The position numbers were made by a program, and so were the translations under genes. DNA of 64,000 nt from Octopus vulgaris (lineage: Eukaryota): the NCBI GenBank assembly GCA_951406725.2, contig OX597838.1, positions 5,270,001 through 5,334,000 on the forward strand, given 5' to 3'. Below the pieces are notes generated by a model. The model worked only from the letters and a program-made list of their open reading frames with translations, was not told the origin of the DNA and ran no database searches. Positions 57,790 to 64,000 of this stretch are shown here, one piece after another (positions within the stretch are counted from its first letter, which is position 1; each line of letters starts with the position of its first letter).

Positions 57790-58055
57790 TAGCAGCGGAC
57801 TCGCGGTCGAGGGATCGCTGGTTCGAATCTGAGACCGGGCAATGTGCGTGTTTATGAGCGAAACACCTATACTCCACGTGGCTCCGGCAGAAGGTAATGG
57901 CGAACTTCTGCTGACTCTTTTGCCACAACTTTCTCTCACACTTTCCTCCTGCATCTTGCAGCTCACCTGTAACAGCCCAGGTGAGGAACCTATACGCAAA
58001 TGAAATCGGGAAATCGGTCCTTATGAGCTAGGGATGGCTCGAGAAGGAACAACAA
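57790..58055 (+). mobile_element. SINE group C, diverged, tail X-like
   Basis: GCAGCGGACTCGCGGTCG..AGACCGGGC..GCGAAACACCTA..GAAATCGGGAAATCGG..ATGAGC. Confidence 0.75.
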
Positions 58056-59724
58056 ACCATTTAGGAAAATAATATTGTAAGGCCCACATGAAGAAAGCGG
58101 AAGTATACAAAACGTGATTCGTTATATTTAATGATATCAAGAACATAGAAAAAGAGACAAGGAAAACAAAATTCTATTACCAAATGCTAACGAAGTGAAA
58201 TTAGGTGCGTTATGAAAAACCGAATTTCCGAAAATCAAACGCCTCTCCAATATTAGATGTTATATAAACTGCTAAAAATCCGACGGTTATTTTAAACAAA
58301 CACAAATTATAAAAACCGATTGTGGTGCTGAAAGCAGAGGAATATGCCATCATAGTTGCCCTCCGTTTTCATTTTTTCTCTTCCTTCCCGCCCCACCTCT
58401 CTCTCTCCCGTTCCTTAGCTGGTATTAATCCCTTTATCCGACATCCTAAGCAAGACTACTGATTTGGTGTTAGCGAGAGAGACACACAATTGTCATATAT
58501 ATGAAGTTAGCTTCAGGTTGTGCCCTACAGATTGAAAATAACTGGAACGGAGTTCCATATGCAACAAGACTTTATTCGGGAACAAAGCGTGATCAATGAT
58601 TTAAAAAATGACAACAAACACTGCACTGAGAATATGGGAATTATGAAATTGATAGCAAAACCGAGGCAGTGAAAGACCCTCTACATATTCCTTCGCCCAT
58701 GCTAGAAATAGCTATGACATCTTCCTCAAATTACTCCTCATTGAACTAAGTAGGAATAAGTTGATAATACAATTGATGATGCCTAGACTACTAAGTTGAT
58801 GATGGTGATTACTAAGTGGCATATTGAGAAAGGGCTAAAATTTAAAAACGCCGAGGGTCGAGAGAACGTATGAGGGAATCGATGGACGATTTCTAGGCAA
58901 TCGCAAATCGAAGTACATTTTCCAACCAAATAGCCATAGAATGACAGAATAGAATCGTGGAACCAAACAAATACACAAACACACACACGCTGATACATAC
59001 AAACCCACCCACCCACCCACACGCACACAAGCACGCACACAAGCACGCAAACACACATACATACACAAAAATACGCCTGGAAGCACGCATGCACGAAGAG
59101 GGTAATACAATTCTTGGTGGAATGCGTCTGTGAAATGTGAAAGAGCGGAGCTATTGTCACGGGTGGAACGCATTTGATCATCGGCGTGATCGATCAAGGT
59201 TGATCTTGGGCCAAACCATATCTGCTACTTCAAAGAAGGTGAAATTAATGGACGATAAAGTGTAATATCGAGGTAAATAAAGACACCGAGATAAGAGAAT
59301 TAAACAAAAGATATAGTTAACAAATATTTAGAAATTAATGAACTAGAAAGTATATATTAACACACACCCATACGTAGACTCATGAAAGGAAAGTTTAGGA
59401 GATATTGTTATAGACAAAACAGATTAACATTTAGGTTGAAGTAGATGCCTAATATATGGTAATAAGTAACAGCACTATGAGTTGTGGTTCTAATATTCTA
59501 TAAACGATAAGTGAATTAGCAAGGCTAAATAGGGAACAAAAAGAGTGTAATTAGAAAGTATAAAAGATGTATTTAGTAAGTAATATTATATTTCCTACGA
59601 ACACAGGAAAGAGAAAGCTTTTGACATTAGATATATAAAAGGGAACGCATGAATTAGTTGGAACATAAATAAGGGACGTCTGAAGTAAACCACTACAAAT
59701 CACTCACTAAATATATTGTATAAT

Positions 59725-59959
59725 TTATTTGCTTCACCTCATTAAAGTACGGTCATGCTGGGGCAACGCGTTGAAGGTCTTTTAGTCGAATGAATCGACC
59801 GCATGAATTAGGTTTTTAAATCATGGTAGTTATTGTATCGGTCTGTTTTGCCGAACCGCTAATGTTACGAGGGATGTAAACATACCAACACCGGTTGAAA
59901 AGTGGTAGTGAGGGACAAAAACACAAAGACCCACATACACACACATATTATATACATAA

Positions 59960-60007
<48 letters not shown>

Positions 60008-60285
60008 TTATATAAATAAGGATAAGATGGTTATAGTATCGATCTTATCAAGTGACAAGCATGGGAATAAAAACCTCAATGGTAATAATTATTATTAATT
60101 ATTATTTAATATATTTATACGAGGGACTTCTTTTAGTTACCGTCTTCTAAAGCCAATCACAAGTTATTGATCGCCCCGAGGCTATAGTAAAAGACACTTC
60201 CAAAAAGAGACATGCAATAGAACTGAACTCGGAACCATCTAGTAGAGAAACAAACTCTTTATCATTCAACCACGCCTGCATCTAC
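59725..60285 (-). mobile_element. SINE group B, old interrupted copy
   Basis: GGTCATGCTGGGGCA..GCCGAACCGCTAA..GGCTATAGTAAAAGACACTT. Confidence 0.7.
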
Positions 60286-60699
60286 TTAAGTAATTTTCCA
60301 TCTTAAAAGAATTTAATAAATATAAGCACGGATGAATGTGTTTGATTAATAGTCGGCTTGGCTGTGTGGGTCATATGGTTGCTTCGTAACTATGCACTTA
60401 TATATATATATTACCAAAATATCTTGCTTCTTTCATTTTGCCCTCTGTCCTCTACAATACAATTCTACTGCCGCCAACCCTTTGTTGAATTAATAGTGAA
60501 TGTTGAATTACATGCATTGGTAAGCAAACACTAATATGAACACTAACCGATAGCTTGGGTAATGATAAGTGCTACAACCCTGACTGAGAGATGAGCCAGA
60601 AATATGAGTGGCTAAAACCTGGTTCCACACTCTTCAAAACCCTGGACCTACTGAACCACGGCCTCGCATCTGGCTGCAATTTAAAGCCATACTAGGACA

Positions 60700-61265
60700 T
60701 ATAATAAATATACTGTCAGCTGCAAAGTAGGTCCAAAGATACCTCATGTCATTGATGTAATCAATCTGTGTGATCGGCAGGTGGAATTCCTGCACAGTGA
60801 TGCTCAGGTATTCATTAACTTTTCCAACAAGAAACAGAACGACATTGGCTGAAGTTTCTCAATGGATCGGAGCAAGTCTAGGATTTTACAGGACAAATTC
60901 ATAAGCATAGTCAAGGCCTGAGAGCGAAGGTTCTACAGGTCTCTTAATAGCTACCGTTTGATTCGAGGCCTTTGTTCTGTGTGAGATCAAATATTTGCCT
61001 CTAGATGTCGCACAAAGATGAAAGGAGTTCGATTGTTTTCTACGACGATTTTTGCCGTTGATGAAAACTCTTCAGATGGCATCTGTTCCGTTCGAGGCTT
61101 GACTGTTTTTCTGTATGATGGTGATGGTTTTGACGATCTTACCTGGGATACCAAAGTTCGAAAAAGTATAACACCTTTTCCTCCCGTTGCGACTTTCAAA
61201 AAGATTCAAGATAACAATAGGTGAAATTGATGTCTCTTGTTTGGAGCTTCTGAGCTATTCTTTGA
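60700..61265 (-). mobile_element. RTE-type LINE reverse transcriptase remnant
   Basis: Frameshifted FGIPGKIVKTI, TPFIFV, GLDYAYEFVL (from DYADD), DLLRSIEK and INDMRYLWTY (from DFKYLGSY), in the expected order. Confidence 0.75.
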
Positions 61266-61300
61266 TTTTTGATAAGAGCAAGATGTGTGTGTGTGTGTTG

Positions 61301-61341
<41 letters not shown>

Positions 61342-62448
61342 GTGTATGCAAAAACGTATATGTTGTGTTTTGGTGCAGAAAACAATGCAAACAGAAATAT
61401 TTATACAATTTATTTTGTAATATAAATATACTTATTTCAGTTGAATATAAAATAATGCGATCTAGATTATCCTTCCGGTACTTTAAAAATGCATTAATGT
61501 TTGGAAAAACATTATAAATATTTGTGGATTAATAGAGCAAATAGATGACGAAGAAAGGGAAATTGAAGTGATATTAGGAAAGTAAAATGCGTTGGTAGAA
61601 AGGAGGGAAATTACATATAATGGAACGTCAATGCAATTGAATGGGGAAGTGTCTTGCAGACGAGTAGCATAGTCAATAATAATAGTTAATCTAAAAAATA
61701 AATCGAAGAAATGAAGTTTGTTTAAACAGGCAAAGCATAACGTCTGTATTAAACAATAAATATATAGATGATGAATACGAAAGACATTAAGGTGCTACTT
61801 AACTAGAATCTAATCAAAGGGAAGCAATTCATTCAGTCTTAAAATTATCTAAAAGAAAAAAAAACAGCCCACAAATCCAATAATTGAAGTATTTTAAACA
61901 ATGAATTATTATCTAAAATATTTGGAAGAAAAAGAGTTTAAATTTTATAAGTGATTTAATCTACATATTATGAAGTCATAATAAAATAGATAAAATAAGA
62001 TTAATATGTTTAAAATATTTTAGTTTAAGTGTTTTCAATAAAGGTAATTTAAACGTAGTTGTTAGGTATTTAAAAAAAAAACACGATTAACAATAAAATG
62101 ATGTTATAACTGTTGTAAAAGATGAACGTAATATAATAGAAATGATTAGATGAGGTGAAAGTGAATTAAGCTGTGATAAAAATTCAATTGATGATAAATT
62201 CCAATATGTTTATAAAATGTGAATAGCAAAGTGACTTTGAAGCGAAGAACAGATACATTTGTTACGGATATCTTAAACTATTATAAAACATTTAGAATAA
62301 ATTTTAACCTAAGAAGGAAAAAAAAGGTGAGATAAAATGCTATATATACACAGCTATAGATAAAGTAGAATGAATACAACAAAATCATACGTGGCTATGA
62401 AACACATTGTTTGGATATATACATTGTATGTATACACATATATATGTC

Positions 62449-62482
<34 letters not shown>

Positions 62483-62534
62483 TGTATGTATGTATGTATG
62501 TATGTATGTATGTATGTATGTATATATATTTTAA

Positions 62535-62855
62535 AGACTCCGCCGGTTACGACGACGAGGGTCCCAGCTGATACGATCAACGGAACAGCTTGCTCGTGAA
62601 ATTAACGTGCAAATGGCTGAGCATTCCACAGACACGTGTACCCTTAACGTAGTTCTCGGGGATAATCAGCGTGACACAGAGAGTGACAAGGCTGACCCTT
62701 TGAAATACAAGTACAACTCATTTTTGCCAGCTGAGTGGACTGGAGCAACGTGAAATAAAGTGTCTTGCTCAAGGACACAACGGGTCGCCGGGAATCGAAC
62801 TCACAACCTTACGATCATGAGCCGAATGCCCTAACCACTAAGCCACGCGCCCTCA
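62535..62855 (-). mobile_element. Chimeric SINE: head D plus tail Y
   Basis: 5' half matches 39110-39444 up to CAGCTG..AAATGAGTTG. 3' half matches the tail of 25752-26130. Confidence 0.88.
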
Positions 62856-62871
62856 CTTGTATATATATACA

Positions 62872-63074
62872 CATGAGTGGTTGCTAAAAAGTTCCTGCCG
62901 TTGGTTAAAAGAACTATGATTTTATTCAAGATATTCCCCTCTCAGTTTTCAATAAGTATTGGAGCCGTCCGTCAGTTTTTCTAAGACCTGTTAAAGAACT
63001 AAGAAGGTTAGGCCTCCAACGAAGACTTTCGTGATACAGGTTAAAATCAAGATGCTTTCAGCAACCCCCTCGTA
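62872..63074. mobile_element. Mariner-derived MITE
   Basis: Ends TGAGTGGTTGCTAAAAAG and CTTTCAGCAACCCCCTCG|TA are imperfect inverted repeats. Confidence 0.65.
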
Positions 63075-63185
63075 AATAGTGGAAAGAAGCTTACTTCCTA
63101 ACAACATGGTTCCGTGTTCAGTCCCACTGCGTTTTATCATGAGCAATTGTCTTCTCTAACGGCGGGTCGAACAAAGTTTGTAGAT

Positions 63186-63269
<84 letters not shown>

Positions 63270-63446
63270 ATAAATATATAAGTTAATAGAATAAGATAAC
63301 AAACCAAAGGGTGTGAATAGTTTTCCGAACATTTATAAAGAGTTCTTACAATGGTTTGCTGGATAATTTATATATGACTTCCGCGGTGCGAGAAAGTGTT
63401 TAAGTAATAGTTATAATAGAGAAGATATGAAATACAGAGTGAAGTG

Positions 63447-63501
<55 letters not shown>

Positions 63502-63524
63502 ATACCTATTTAGAGTGGTATAGT

Positions 63525-63739
63525 TATTTTCTACTCTAGGCAGAAGGCCCGAAATTTTAAGGGAAGGGGCCAGCCGATTAGATCGAACCCAGTACGCAAC
63601 TGGTACGTAATTTATCGACTCCGAAAGGATGAAAAGCGAAGTCGACCTCGGTGGAATTTGAACTGAAAATGTAAAAACAGACGAAAGACCACTAAGAATT
63701 TCGCCCAGCGTGCGAACGTGTCTGCCTATTCGCCGCCTT
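63525..63739 (-). mobile_element. SINE group A, old copy with short tail
   Basis: Head, B box and central domain. Confidence 0.8.
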
Positions 63740-63751
63740 GCACACACACAA

Positions 63752-63786
<35 letters not shown>

Positions 63787-64000
63787 CATACATACATATA
63801 TATATATACATACATATATATATATTACACTTTCTACTCTGAGCACAACGTTTCTCCCAGCACGCCGACTCTTGTGTATATATATATATATATGCATATG
63901 TATGTGTATATATATATATATAGACACATGAGTGTATATGTAACTATTTATGTGTTCCTGTGCTTGTGTGTTGGGTGAGTTTATGCCTCTATATAGAGTG

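Overview
AT-rich, repeat-dominated eukaryotic DNA with no intact protein-coding gene that I can support. The SINE set and the density of (TA)n, (ATCT)n and (AAT)n tracts strongly suggest an octopus or other cephalopod intergenic/intronic region (inference). Nearly all ORFs in the supplied track are microsatellite artefacts. Recognisable content: about 30 copies of four tRNA-derived SINE groups; decayed mariner and Tc1 transposase fragments; MITEs; a complete non-autonomous Helitron; Dong/R4, RTE-type, Tx1/L1-type and L2/CR1 LINE remnants; short Penelope-type elements with hammerhead-ribozyme motifs; an interstitial (TTAGGG)n tract; and a decayed ankyrin-repeat sequence. Most interesting: (1) two families of hammerhead-like elements with non-canonical cores, one copy folded back at the predicted cleavage region; (2) a SINE with a LINE-like tail that repeatedly inserts at GGTA(T/C)TT inside its own older relatives, with the putative partner LINE 3' end also present in (ATCT)n; (3) head/tail module swapping among SINEs; (4) a mariner ORF running directly into telomeric repeats. 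I found no clearly new protein-coding system. Coordinates were read by eye, and the edges of decayed elements are approximate.
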